Under the pieces are notes generated by a model that searched no databases, was not told where the DNA came from, and was given only the letters and a program-made list of their open reading frames with translations. The position numbers were made by a program, and so were the translations under genes. From NCBI GenBank assembly GCA_963709405.1, contig CAVPXM010000053.1, positions 64,001 to 128,000 on the forward strand: a stretch of 64,000 nucleotides of DNA. Reading direction: 5' to 3'. The stretch's first letter is position 1. Every line of letters begins with the position of its first letter. This stretch comes from an uncultured Nitrososphaerales archaeon (GTDB taxonomy: Archaea; Thermoproteota; Nitrososphaeria; Nitrososphaerales; Nitrososphaeraceae). Of the stretch, positions 12,478-23,567 are shown piece after piece.

Positions 12478-13290
12478 TTGTCAACACCTAATGTTGGTAA
12501 TCCCGATCATAGAAGCATGGCAAAAATCGTGCATAGCACCAAAGGTAAGTATATTGTAGCAATTTTGACTGCCAGTTTAATCATTCAGGTATTACCTGGA
12601 GTACCCTCTGCCAGGCCATCACATTTCTTTTCGGTAATGAGTCAATCATCTCTGTACTCTATAGTTCCACATGTACTTGCGCAAAGGGTGGCACCAAACA
12701 GTACATGTAATTGCACTATAGATAGCACTACTTATGGCCACTTATTTAATAATGTGTCCGGAATCACTATCCCCAAGGTAAAGCTTGTACAAAATCAATC
12801 TTTGGAAAGCCAAACTGAGGGTCATCTGACTTGGAAAGCAATAAAATCCATGCAATTGATGGGCATTCTTACCAATGGGTACTTTCTTGGCAATTTTTCC
12901 AGTGGCACAGGGTCCACAGTAGCACTGAACTCATTGACTGTGAAACCGAATGACTCATTAGGGATTCAAATAACCGGAGGAACTATCCCATCTACTGCAA
13001 AAGCAGAGATCATAAAGGCGGATGTAAATGAGAACGGCACTCTTGCACAAATTAAAACTATTGGTAAAACGTTATCTAGCTTGCATGTAAACCACGATAA
13101 AAATATGAAGATGGCATTAAATAAGAATAAGCTCCTTGTAGGACTAGATCCTCGTCCAAATGACTATCTATTCCTCATAACTTTAACATATAGCGATGGG
13201 GTCAAGTCAGGAGGAGGCTCAATGGTTAATAAAGAACCGAAGTCGAATCACATTGTGGCAATATACGAGACTGTTTTGCGGGTGAGCTAA
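12478..13290 (+). CDS. Secreted hypothetical protein
   Basis: 270-aa ORF with signal-like hydrophobic segment; true start possibly ATG 12517. Confidence 0.65.
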   Translation: MSTPNVGNPDHRSMAKIVHSTKGKYIVAILTASLIIQVLPGVPSARPSHFFSVMSQSSLYSIVPHVLAQRVAPNSTCNCTIDSTTYGHLFNNVSGITIPKVKLVQNQSLESQTEGHLTWKAIKSMQLMGILTNGYFLGNFSSGTGSTVALNSLTVKPNDSLGIQITGGTIPSTAKAEIIKADVNENGTLAQIKTIGKTLSSLHVNHDKNMKMALNKNKLLVGLDPRPNDYLFLITLTYSDGVKSGGGSMVNKEPKSNHIVAIYETVLRVS

Positions 13291-13609
13291 AATACTATCT
13301 TTTTCATCCAGAAATTAACACTATAGGAGCCAAAATAATACCCATATAATATTGTACAATCGTTCGGTCACTAGTTCGCCAATATTGCACCAACTGGTGA
13401 TATTCGATTTTGATTTAATAATTGAGAACAATATTGAGACATCATAATCATGCAAATGCAGCCATCAAAATTAGGAAATCAGGCACTATTGATTAGAATA
13501 GAAAACTGGGCTCATCAAAATAAATGCAGAATTCCCGAATTTAGTTCTAGTTAGAGTTAAAGCAATTAATAACATCCTTTCCAGTTTGTATGCATTCCGC
13601 ACTCTATCG

Positions 13610-14992
13610 CTATGAGTGATCCCGTCCATAAGTCTGCATTATATTTGCTATGCATTTGGTCGCTTTATTGATCAGATCTAATCGGGCAAATTCATTAGGA
13701 GAATGAGATCTATTATATTTGTAAGATCCTCCTATGCAAATACATGGAGCATCAAGTATTTTTTTAAAATGGTACATGGGACCTGAGCCTGCGGAAGATA
13801 CGCTGATAACTGCCCTCCCAAAGGTTTCAGTCGCGGCACGTTTAACTAACTTTACAAATGGATGATTTATAGATGTTCGAGCAGGGTGCTCGCCATCAAC
13901 CATTTTCAATTCTATCCTGTTTTCAAATCCCTTTTCCACAAGATGATTCTGAAGACGAGCGAATTGCTTAGCAGGAACCATGTCTGGGACGAGCCTAAAT
14001 TCTAATCTCGCGATAGCTTTGGCAGGTAAGACTGTCTTGGAGCCTTCTCCAGTATAACCAGACAAAAACCCACAAATGTTGCTCGTTGGTTCGTCGATTA
14101 GAGCCCTTCTGAGTTCAATTCCCTCTAAGTTATTAACAAGTTTTTCTATTCCATATTCACTCTTAAAATCTTCATCATCGAATGGTTCGTCTTTTATAGC
14201 ACAAATCTCCTCTTCCGTCGCATCCCTCACGTCTCTATACCATTCGTTAATCAAAATTCTTCCGTTGTTATCACGGATTGTACCTAAGGCCCTCACTAGA
14301 ACCCATGCGGGATTTTCTATTAAGACTGCCAAACTAGAATGAACGTCATCAGATGGACCTCTTGCGACGAGATCTACAGATAAGATTCCCTTTAGTCCTA
14401 ATTGTATAATAGCCCTTTCCTTTGCGTCTACAAAACCAAATTCCCAAATTATACCATCGCAAATAAATTTTTTCTTGTATTTAGTAAGAAACTCTTGAAT
14501 ATGTACACTTCCAGTCTCCTCTTCTCCCTCAACAATAAATTTTATGTTGCATGGCACATCTCCTGTTTCCTTTAAATAATATTCTACGGCTTTAATTCGA
14601 GTGATCAACTCCCCTTTATCATCGGATGAGCCACGTCCAAAAATGTAGTTACCATCAACCCTTCCACTAAATGGATCGGCGTTATTCCATAATTCGATTG
14701 ATCCTACTGGTTGTACGTCGTAGTGATTGTAAAATAGGATCGTCTTTCCGCATGGATTCGATTTTGATTTAATCTCACCAAATACTATTGGAGGAACAGC
14801 ATCCTCTTTAAAATCATTTAAATAAATTAGCTCACTTTTGATATTGGCCTTATTCATAATTGCAGCTACGAGATGGGCACATTTAACGAGGTTTTGCTTA
14901 TTTGAAGATACACTCGGTTGTCTAATGAGAGTTTGAAGGTCACATACAATATCACGCATATTGGAGTCTATTGCGGAATTTATGTTCTTCAT
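13610..14992 (-). CDS. M20/M25/M40 family metallo-hydrolase (dipeptidase/ArgE-like)
   Basis: YNHYDVQP, GRGSSDDKG, EGEEETGS and HSPNE motifs. Confidence 0.93.
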   Translation of the reverse strand: MKNINSAIDSNMRDIVCDLQTLIRQPSVSSNKQNLVKCAHLVAAIMNKANIKSELIYLNDFKEDAVPPIVFGEIKSKSNPCGKTILFYNHYDVQPVGSIELWNNADPFSGRVDGNYIFGRGSSDDKGELITRIKAVEYYLKETGDVPCNIKFIVEGEEETGSVHIQEFLTKYKKKFICDGIIWEFGFVDAKERAIIQLGLKGILSVDLVARGPSDDVHSSLAVLIENPAWVLVRALGTIRDNNGRILINEWYRDVRDATEEEICAIKDEPFDDEDFKSEYGIEKLVNNLEGIELRRALIDEPTSNICGFLSGYTGEGSKTVLPAKAIARLEFRLVPDMVPAKQFARLQNHLVEKGFENRIELKMVDGEHPARTSINHPFVKLVKRAATETFGRAVISVSSAGSGPMYHFKKILDAPCICIGGSYKYNRSHSPNEFARLDLINKATKCIANIMQTYGRDHS

Positions 14993-15116
14993 CAGCTACC
15001 ATCAATCACTTGTAGCAATATTATTAATTAATCCCTTTGAGATGCATTCCATTTTCAAATATTGAAATCAATTAATATTAAATACTGGGCAGTACTCTGA
15101 AAAATGATTACATATA

Positions 15117-15620
15117 GAGCATAATATTATTGTATATTCAGATTTCCTTGCACTAAAGGACTTTTATACAAACTATTGCAAAGGCACACTTCCATCAAAT
15201 GAACTCATTCTGCTCTTATCGCACTACGAATCTGCAATCAAGGTCTTTGAAAGTCTAAAGAGTAATATCAACTTCATAGAAAACTATAAGGCAGATGGCT
15301 CACTCGTGATTGTGAACTCGACAAAAGCATATTTTGACTTGAAAAATGATTTTGTTGGGATCATGATCATGATGAAAATGTTGCTTACGCGTAAGAGTAA
15401 ATTATCTAAGGATGGGATAAGTGTAATTTCTGACATGGGAAATTTTTTCCATCCTCGAAATCGAATTCAGGACCTTTTCAAACATGAAAGACAAATATCT
15501 TCTCATGCATCTTTACCATTTAAATTGTATTGCAGTTATAATACCTATGATCTTGATTTCCTTGACGGAGGCCAAGATCAAAAACTATTGCGCTACCATG
15601 ATAGAGTTATACATATTTGA
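15117..15620 (+). pseudogene. MEDS-like sensory domain protein with damaged 5' end
   Basis: Frame of ORF 15306-15620 extends upstream as EHNIIVYSDF...LLLSHYES...ADGSLVIV; an in-frame TGA near 15105 removes the start; ISDMGNFF...LYCSYN. Confidence 0.6.
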
Positions 15621-15854
15621 TGTATAATTTGTAGATACATTAATAGAGTGAAATGGCCGTATTGTAACGTACCTATGAGGTTGTCGCTTATCAGATATCG
15701 CCTTATGCGTATAAGAAGGGTAACTAAGAATAAGCTTTTCCTTATCGTTAGATCTCTTATATTTTTCTACCTTAGCATCAAACTTAAGCTTGGATGGGTT
15801 TGAATTAGCATGTTTTCTAATAATGTAGTCCTAACCCAATTATAAATAAGCCAA

Positions 15855-16151
15855 TTATGGCCTATACCAATTAGAAAAGTTGTTTTCTTCAGGTTTCTTT
15901 TTTGACCATATCCTTTGTTTCCACAAATATTTGATCAGGAGAAAATGTTTTGCTATGAAACCAAGAGCAATTGAAATCGCTCCTCCGATTAGAAACCTTA
16001 GGCCGATAATTTTGAATCCATCAGCCTCTTCCCTAATGGAAATGACAGTACTTCCTATCCAGACACAAACTACTCCAAAGGCCAGAAGTATTATGCCTGC
16101 TATCAAAAATGGCTTGAACAGCATCATGGACTCATTAGTAGATTTGGTCAT
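15855..16151 (-). CDS. Small membrane protein (2 TM)
   Basis: 98 aa, two hydrophobic helices, basic tail. Confidence 0.6.
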   Translation of the reverse strand: MTKSTNESMMLFKPFLIAGIILLAFGVVCVWIGSTVISIREEADGFKIIGLRFLIGGAISIALGFIAKHFLLIKYLWKQRIWSKKKPEENNFSNWYRP

Positions 16152-17072
16152 TTACGCAACACTAATAGGATGCTTCGACTAATTAAATTTGCTAGATCAT
16201 ATTCTTTTTGCGCGTATCTATACTACACAATGATTGAATAATTATACAGATATCTTCATTTTTTCTCTATACAAAACGTAACGGATAACTAGTCCATAAA
16301 CACACACAAGTAATTACGTGTCTAATTTCAAGAGGTCGAGTAATTTATTCGCGTGGTACTAGTTTGATTTTGTTTGGATCTCCTAGTATCTTAAGGTAGT
16401 AAATATTCAATATCTGGAGGGACCTTTAAATATGCTATTACTTTCATCTCCATATGCCTAAATAGGGCTTATATATTAAAAGGTCGTAAAACACATTTAA
16501 ATCGTAAACCAGAATCCTTAACGTCGCGTTGTGCTTGGCTATTCATCATTGCGTTGCTGTCTTCATTCATTTTTCTAAAAGGTGATTCTATAGACCGCAT
16601 AAGAATTATTCGTGAACTGATCAGTTCATTGTACAAAATAACTAGATGGGATCAAAATTTTAGCTAACCCACGACTGCATAGAATATCCCATCTCAGCAT
16701 CAATTATCATAAACCACAGAGAGCAATCAATGAGCTTAGTCATGCAGCTTGCCCCGAATTGAGGACATAAGCCTGTTTGTAGAAGCTTTTTGTGGCTATA
16801 GCAAATTCCTATACCCTCCATTCTAATTGTTATTATTGATCAAGAAAACCTTGATTAAGAGTTAGTGTAAGAATATTTGAGGTTGAGACCGTGTTTCTGT
16901 AGCTCACAGCAACTGCTTAACGTACACATCTCGATCGGCATATAGATATCGACGTTATCTTCCTAATGAGGTCGGTTATGGCCAGAATTCGCAACAGTGT
17001 TTTTTGACCCTATTTTGGAGGCATTATAAACGCATTTACGAATTTCAAGAAACGAATAACACCCACGTTGAT

Positions 17073-17116
17073 TGCAGTAACTGCAGTAACTGCAGTAATT
17101 GCGAAGTAACTGCAAT
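17073..17116. repeat. 9-bp tandem repeat (TGCAGTAAY) x3 plus a degenerate copy
   Basis: tgcagtaac tgcagtaac tgcagtaat tgcg aagtaactgcaat. Confidence 0.85.
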
Positions 17117-17331
17117 ATCGGCTTCCACTTATAAAATATACAACACTGAGGTATCCCTTTCTGTGAGACGTTCAGGGCTAATTTGAATTCAGCGAATCGG
17201 GTGACCATAGGATCTTCTAGGAGCTAAATTTGATGCCATTCACAGAATTCGTCTGGATATGACGATTAGAAATCGAAATATAACGACAGGAATGGAAATA
17301 GATCAAATGGCAGATTTAAAGCGCGTCCATA

Positions 17332-17607
17332 TTAATTCTCTCCCCTATTCTCCATTCTCGAGTAATAATCAACAAATTCCGGGGAAATATTTGCCGTTTC
17401 CGCGATAGTGAGGTGGTTACTCGTTTTTTGTCCCCTGATCCAAATAATATTTCCGTCAAGATCAATTTCAATTTTTTTTGAATTTTTCAGGTACCTCAGA
17501 ATTGCATTAATCTTATCCAAATTCAGTATTGGGACAAGCATTTTTTGTAAATCTCTAACCTTAGGGTAACCCTCCACCTTGCTTATTGTCGCTAGGAAGA
17601 AGTCCAA
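17332..17607 (-). CDS. Small hypothetical protein, winged-helix-like
   Basis: 91 aa; INAILRYLKNSKKIEIDLDGNIIWI resembles a wHTH recognition helix plus wing. Confidence 0.6.
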   Translation of the reverse strand: MDFFLATISKVEGYPKVRDLQKMLVPILNLDKINAILRYLKNSKKIEIDLDGNIIWIRGQKTSNHLTIAETANISPEFVDYYSRMENRGEN

Positions 17608-18467
17608 GTGTTCGTCTGTAAATTCTCCTGGCGAAGTAGATGTTTTTTTTCTTGCCTTTCTTTTTAATCTAATTCGTTATCACCTCACGGTTAAGAGAAA
17701 TATAAAGGCTTAAGCCGTTATAAAAATATCTCATATTAATCAATAGCTGGTGCAATTAAATATCTTTCTTTGTTACGTACACAATATAATTTCGGCGATC
17801 TCTGTTCCCAGCCTCTGATTCTGTAATTAATCGATACCATATACAAAATATGAAATCGTTATGTTACGACATCCCATCAGTTCCCAAGCCCTATCTCAAG
17901 TCTTTTTTTTGTTAGCCTTATACTATCAATACACATGGTCATGAAGTTCTGTCACAAACCAGTCACAAATTTGATTTAGAATCTCGAATACAGACAGTCT
18001 GCTAGAAGGTCTGGTCAGAAAATTAGAGGGTAGTACAAGACCACAAATATTACACAAATTTTATTCTTTTCGCGGCTGACTGATAAGCAGATTAGTCTGG
18101 ACATTGATGGTAGATCGAATTCCTAGTCAAGATCATGCGATATGAATTTCGACTCAATCCTATGCGGCCTTAGATCGCTACAAACGTTTGCTTTCACACA
18201 ATTCCTAATCAGTGAGATAGATCAAATTTGAATCATACCATTCGTTGCAGATATCTGCTTAGTAAAAGATCGATCAGGTATCGAAATATAGAAATGAAGA
18301 AGTGTGTATAACTACAATTCAATCATTTTAGTAGGTTCAAAAACCCAGGAAGAAGCACACACTAGTCCATGGGTTCATAAGATGATTTTTATCTGTACTA
18401 TTCAGTAAAGTCCGAACCTCATGTATGAATACCAAAACGCCGCTGGGATATGGTAATACCACTAAAA

Positions 18468-18851
18468 TTATCTTGACCTAGAGACTATATCGCCGTTAAT
18501 GTGTTCAACAAAAAATGTTGAACCATCGTTCTTATTTTGAACTTTCCATGCAAAATAGTTACCTCCACTTATGGTAGAAGATGCTGTTCCAAGATATTGT
18601 CCTATTGAATCTGAGTTGGCGTTGGATTCATAGTACGCACCATTTCCCTTGATATACACATAGCCCACTGCAAAATCTTTTGGGCTAGGATGCATTGAAC
18701 TGTTTTGCGCTATAACGATAGAAATAGCAGCTTCAGGTGGAATAGGGAATCTGTTGATAGTTGGCTGTTCAAGTGAACCATTTAATGCCAAATAGACTAA
18801 GATCGTCGCACCGATTCCAACCGCGATAGATAGGATTACTTTCTTATCCAA
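18468..18851 (-). CDS. Membrane-anchored hypothetical protein (PepSY-like C-terminus)
   Basis: N-terminal TM; IPPEAAISI...AWKV...FFVEHINGDIV. Confidence 0.65.
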   Translation of the reverse strand: MDKKVILSIAVGIGATILVYLALNGSLEQPTINRFPIPPEAAISIVIAQNSSMHPSPKDFAVGYVYIKGNGAYYESNANSDSIGQYLGTASSTISGGNYFAWKVQNKNDGSTFFVEHINGDIVSRSR

Positions 18852-20372
18852 TCTTAACTAGTCTAGTAAAAATCTCAAATATAAACCTGAGATTTATTAA
18901 GGTACGAACTTATAATATTGGCCTAATCTGATCTTCGTGCTAGTTATAATAAGTCAGGAATTCTAGAAAGGATAGAAATGTGGATTCTTTGTTAATAGCC
19001 TTTATTATGTTTCACGATTTTAGCTGTGTAATTCTATTTAGATCAGTTTAAACGAAATTAGATAAGATAGCGGTAACGTCGATTATGCATGCCTTGTCGT
19101 AGGATTCGTTCAAAATCAGCTTATCTCGTGCTCAACTATGTACATATTGTGTTGCAAAAATTTACAATATGCTGGTGTTTAGGACTATCAAAAGGTGCAT
19201 TAAGCAGTATAATTCACCCAATAACGCTCAATACGATCTAGAAGACGTAAGAAATTTTTTAAAAATATTAGACTTTCTATTTAGCTTCTTTAGTCGCGCA
19301 GCGCGAATAATGCAGTCCATCTGACTCACATGATTGATTCACGGGGTTTATCTTTGACAGGCAATATTCCATTTACCACCAATTTTGTATTCACAATTTT
19401 TGTTCGTGCTAGTAAAGCTCACAAATGCAAGTGACCGATTTTATATTAGTCAACCTCCAAGTCATCTTCTAATATTTCTCCAACTGAGTTCGCGCATCTA
19501 ACTAGATTTTCAAATGACAATTCAATGAGTAACTCCTGTTATTACATAACTAAGGGCCAATCGCTGTCTAGCCAATGGCAGTCAAGGGGCTCACGAAGCG
19601 CCCTATTTATTTATCTTAGCGGTAATGCGTCTTCGTACAATGCCGTTCATTGTAAGCCAAACGACAGCCCCGATACTCAATCCTATAATGAATGTTTGAA
19701 TGGACTCTGAAATTATTTTCAGGAATATATTAAGAAAATTACTAACTCGAATACCATTATCGTTAATACCCTGTATGCGGCCAGTATCTAATACTGCATA
19801 TGAACCTTCATATTTGAAATCTCCTGGATATTTTAACCGAACATTCCTCCAACCATCTCCTTCGTTCATCGAATCACTCTTTATTAGGCTGCTGACACAT
19901 ATATTACTCCGTTTGCAAGATACACCGAAGTGCACAAGAAAATCCCAAATAATGAGAGAGATATCACCTTATGCAATAGGGTCGTTTCTACCTGCATAAA
20001 CCAGAGTGTAAGAACTGAAAGCCTTCTTACTCGCAAGATCTCTTTCACAGATGAAAAATAAAGTTGGCTTCTATTTTGCCTAACTGTTATTTGTGTATGA
20101 ATTATTTGCACCACTAATTAGAAAATTCTATGCTAGCCTCAAACCATATGTAATACATAATAGAATAGTATTTTTAATCAAACTATTTCTGACTAATAAC
20201 TACTCATGATTTCTTGCTTCTAGTTTTAAGTGCAATTAATATCAATGTAGAGTTATCTCAAAGTTATGTTGCTAATGTTCTCATCAAAGTCTCGCACCCT
20301 TAAAGGAAGAACATCATTAGTACAAAACAATTCCACAAAAGGTGAGAGAATAAAAACAGTCAAACGTTTAAG

Positions 20373-21341
20373 CTGCATTTTCAATATGCCTACTCTGACT
20401 TTTCGATCCTCTTGTTCTTTCTTGCAATCGTAATCGGAATCCCAGATGGGCACGCTGAAAATCGTAATCAATTCGTATTAACTAAGCAAGGATCCTTTAT
20501 AGATCACGTCGGCAGATAGAACATAGTGGGAGTATTAGACAACGTTGTAAAGACACCAGTTACGATCAATATGAGTCTTTTAGTAAAGAATAGAAATAGT
20601 GGATCGATCATGAGTCAAGTGGAACCAACTTGTGGTAAAATTATCTATCCAAAGACTGGCTCTCCATTCAAATTTGGTCGAGATCGTAACTCGTCTGCAA
20701 TCGATAAGGCATCCATCTCTAGTCTTAAATATGCTTCGGTGCCGTACTATAATATTTTGAGACTGAACTATTCCAATATGCCTGTGCGCAAAAATATGGC
20801 TCTTGTGGGAACCGTTAAGAACATTGGAACTGTCGATGCAAAGGATGTAAGAATATATGCATCGGTTCATAACAATAAAACAACATAGATTGACTCTGTT
20901 AGGAGTGCGGTCATCCCTGTTATTAGTCCAGATCAAGAGGTGGCATTTATAGCCATTCCAGATCCCTCCGTAGCCCCAAATATTAGATATTATAATTGCA
21001 CGCACATCGATCTCCACCCACATATGAACACCTTAGAAATAGGCAAGGACGAATTTATCAGATATGATCTACACAGGATAGTTAGAATTAGTGAATTTAA
21101 GTACGAAGCATTAACAGATAGCATAGTCTTTGCGGTAGGACACTAAAATCCCAGCGGTGGACCTATGGACATGAAAATAATCAAACCACTAAGTTCATCC
21201 ATTTCTGTATTGATGGATGGTAATATGCAGAATAAAGACGTAACTATCAGAACTGTGGATTCAAAGACGGTAAATCTAAATTTTTTCATATCGCCAGGAG
21301 ATCATAAAGTTAAGATCAGAGGATTAAATCATCCCACTTGA
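20373..21341 (+). pseudogene. Secreted Ig-like/FxLYD-type protein with three in-frame stops
   Basis: One frame throughout: LLFFLAIVIGIP...FIDHVGR*(TAG 20517)NIVGVLDN...LVGTVKNIGT...NKTT*(TAG 20886)IDSV...AVGH*(TAA 21144)NPSGG...PGDHKVKIRG; start approximate. Confidence 0.7.
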
Positions 21342-21462
21342 ATCATTATGAGACAGTGGAAAATCTTAGTATCACCTCCGATGATAAATTCATTGAATGA
21401 TCTGCCATTTAGAGCCTGTCCCAAAAATAGATAGACATATAGCTAGAGAGTGTCTGTTCAAA

Positions 21463-21834
21463 GTGTGGCTTACGACAGAATCAAGTACAGTTCCAGCTGT
21501 CAAGAGAATCCCAGATGAGTTATGGGATGAGATAAGGTTTATACTTCCATCAGAAAAACCAGCGAATACCATAGGACGTCCGGCACTATCATTTAGGAAG
21601 GTACTGGATGGTATTTTGTATGTCTTAAGAACTGGATGTCAATGGAAGATGTTGCCAAAGGAATTTGGTTCGGGTTCGACATGTCATAGACGATTCCAAC
21701 AATGGTCAACATCTAAGGTATTTGAAAGATTATGGACCAGACTGCTAAAAGTTTACGATGGTATAGTAGGTATTCGTTGGAAATGGCAGTCACTTGATAG
21801 TGTATCTATAAAGGCACCTTTAGGGGGGAGATGA
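21463..21834 (+). CDS. IS5 transposase OrfA (N-terminal part)
   Basis: IPDELW...GRP...LDGILYVLRTGCQWKMLP...GSGSTCHRRFQQW; GTG start inside the TIR (the ORF-track start at 21397 lies outside the element). Confidence 0.88.
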   Translation: MWLTTESSTVPAVKRIPDELWDEIRFILPSEKPANTIGRPALSFRKVLDGILYVLRTGCQWKMLPKEFGSGSTCHRRFQQWSTSKVFERLWTRLLKVYDGIVGIRWKWQSLDSVSIKAPLGGR

Positions 21835-22289
21835 CTGGGCCTAATCCTACAGATAGAGGCAAGTTAGGAACAAAACGTCATATATTGACCGATGGACAAG
21901 GTATTCCACTATCTGTTGTTATAACTGCGCCTAATACGCATGACATGAAGGCCGCTATTAGAACGCTGAACAATATCGTATTTGAAAGATCATCCCATAA
22001 GATGTATGAAGAGAAACAGAACCTTTATCTCGATAAAGGATATGATTTTCCGGAGATTGAAAACGAAGTTATCAAGAAAGGATACTGTCCACACGTTCGA
22101 CATAGAGATAGGAAGCGCAGGAGAGCCCATCATCATAGTTCCAGAAGATGGGTTGCAGAAAGAACCAACTCCTGGCACAACAGGCTCGGAAAACTTTTGG
22201 TTAGATACGAAAAGAAGCTAGAAAGCTATTTTGCGTTAGTATGTTTAGGCTGTTGTATTGTTATCTACAGGAGGATAATTTTGGGATAG
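21831..22289 (+). CDS. IS5 transposase OrfB (DDE part), in the -1 frame at a G6 run
   Basis: TGPNPTDRGKLGTKRH, YLDKGYD, RWVAERTNSW; overlaps OrfA at TTAGGGGGGAGATGA. Confidence 0.88.
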   Translation: MTGPNPTDRGKLGTKRHILTDGQGIPLSVVITAPNTHDMKAAIRTLNNIVFERSSHKMYEEKQNLYLDKGYDFPEIENEVIKKGYCPHVRHRDRKRRRAHHHSSRRWVAERTNSWHNRLGKLLVRYEKKLESYFALVCLGCCIVIYRRIILG

Positions 22290-22511
22290 GCTCTTAGTGA
22301 ACGAACAGTAATGTTATCAATATAAGAATCGTCGTGCTAAATACTGTTACGCAATTATTCCATCCTACCCAAAATTACTTAATTAATCTACGGATCGTAA
22401 GTATATAGATCCATCAATAACAACGTGACATATGACTATTTCCCAGAATATGTAGATTTATTTGCATTCGTGAACGATAGGTAAAATAATCACATATTCT
22501 ATGAATATCTT

Positions 22512-23111
22512 ATGCCGTTCAAGGTATTAGGAGTCGGCGGCAGCATGCGGGAAGCCTCACGCAGCACCCTGGCATTGAAGATCATACTGGAAGCGGCAAA
22601 GACGTATGGTGCAGAAACTCGATTGCTTGATTTGCGAAAATATCCTCTACCATTTTACAATCCTAGCAGATACAGTAAGGATGCCAACAAATATGAAATT
22701 CACAGTGTTAGCGATGATGTAAATTGGGCTGACGCCCTTGTATTAGCATCTCCCGATTACCATGGTTCTATGTCTGGAACAATTAAGAATTTTCTCGATC
22801 ATTTTTGGAAGGAATTTGCTGGTAAGACATTTGCCTACGTTTGCACTTCGCATGAAAGGGGGTTAACCGTTATGGATCAGATGCGGACTGCGGTGCGTCA
22901 ATGTTATGGATGGAGTATGCCTTATGGAGCTGCGATAAACGGTGATGAAGACTTTGATGAAGGTGGGAATATAACCAACATTGCATTACAAAGGCGCTTG
23001 AGAATGCTTGCTCGAGATTTGGTGATTTATGGCAGATTAATAAGGGAACAATTTCAAAATGATATAGCAGGTGATGAGATTACGACATTTGCGGCTCTAT
23101 ATAGAAAGTAA
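22512..23111 (+). CDS. NADPH-dependent FMN reductase
   Basis: GGSMREAS.S, ADALVLASPDYHGSMSGTIKNFLD. Confidence 0.9.
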   Translation: MPFKVLGVGGSMREASRSTLALKIILEAAKTYGAETRLLDLRKYPLPFYNPSRYSKDANKYEIHSVSDDVNWADALVLASPDYHGSMSGTIKNFLDHFWKEFAGKTFAYVCTSHERGLTVMDQMRTAVRQCYGWSMPYGAAINGDEDFDEGGNITNIALQRRLRMLARDLVIYGRLIREQFQNDIAGDEITTFAALYRK

Positions 23112-23567
23112 AAAAAAGAGCTCGCTTAATCTAATGATTGGCTAGGCCTTGAATTATATTGTCTTAACTATCAAAATGGCAAATCCCTAAAGATTTCTAA
23201 ATTCTAATTTCTTATCACTATATGCCTCAGGGTTCGTAGTACTATAGGCTTGGATTCGATAAATAATCCAATGTCATGAATTATTGCGAGAATAAAAAGG
23301 TCCACGGATTTATGATTGGTCTTTATATGCTGCATTAGACCCGTCTAGCCACTATTATTGGAAGATGAATGTGGTCCTTTTTTGGAATTATATTTGCAAA
23401 TTATAAACCATTCTAGGTCCTTATCGTACATACTCGTGACATATAATGCACTGACATTATAATAGGTGAAAATGTATCTATTTGAAAGCATTTGTTACCT
23501 TTATATGAATGACAGGCGACTCAGATTCAATGCTTTTTATAGATAATAATCATTAGGTTGTGTCAGG

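Larger units (their letters stand above)
21412..22293 (+). mobile_element. Complete IS5-family insertion sequence (two-ORF type), 882 bp
   Basis: TIRs GAGCCTGTCCCAAAA (21412-21426) and TTTTGGGATAGGCTC (22279-22293), 14/15 match; flanking TTA duplication at 21409-21411 and 22294-22296. Confidence 0.92.

Noticed and set aside
19525-20114. Overlapping short ORFs on both strands
   Set aside because: No recognisable motif; possibly decayed gene remnants but not assignable
20517-21146. Pyrrolysine or amber read-through in the FxLYD-type gene
   Set aside because: One interruption is TAA, many intact genes here end in TAG, and no pyl genes are visible
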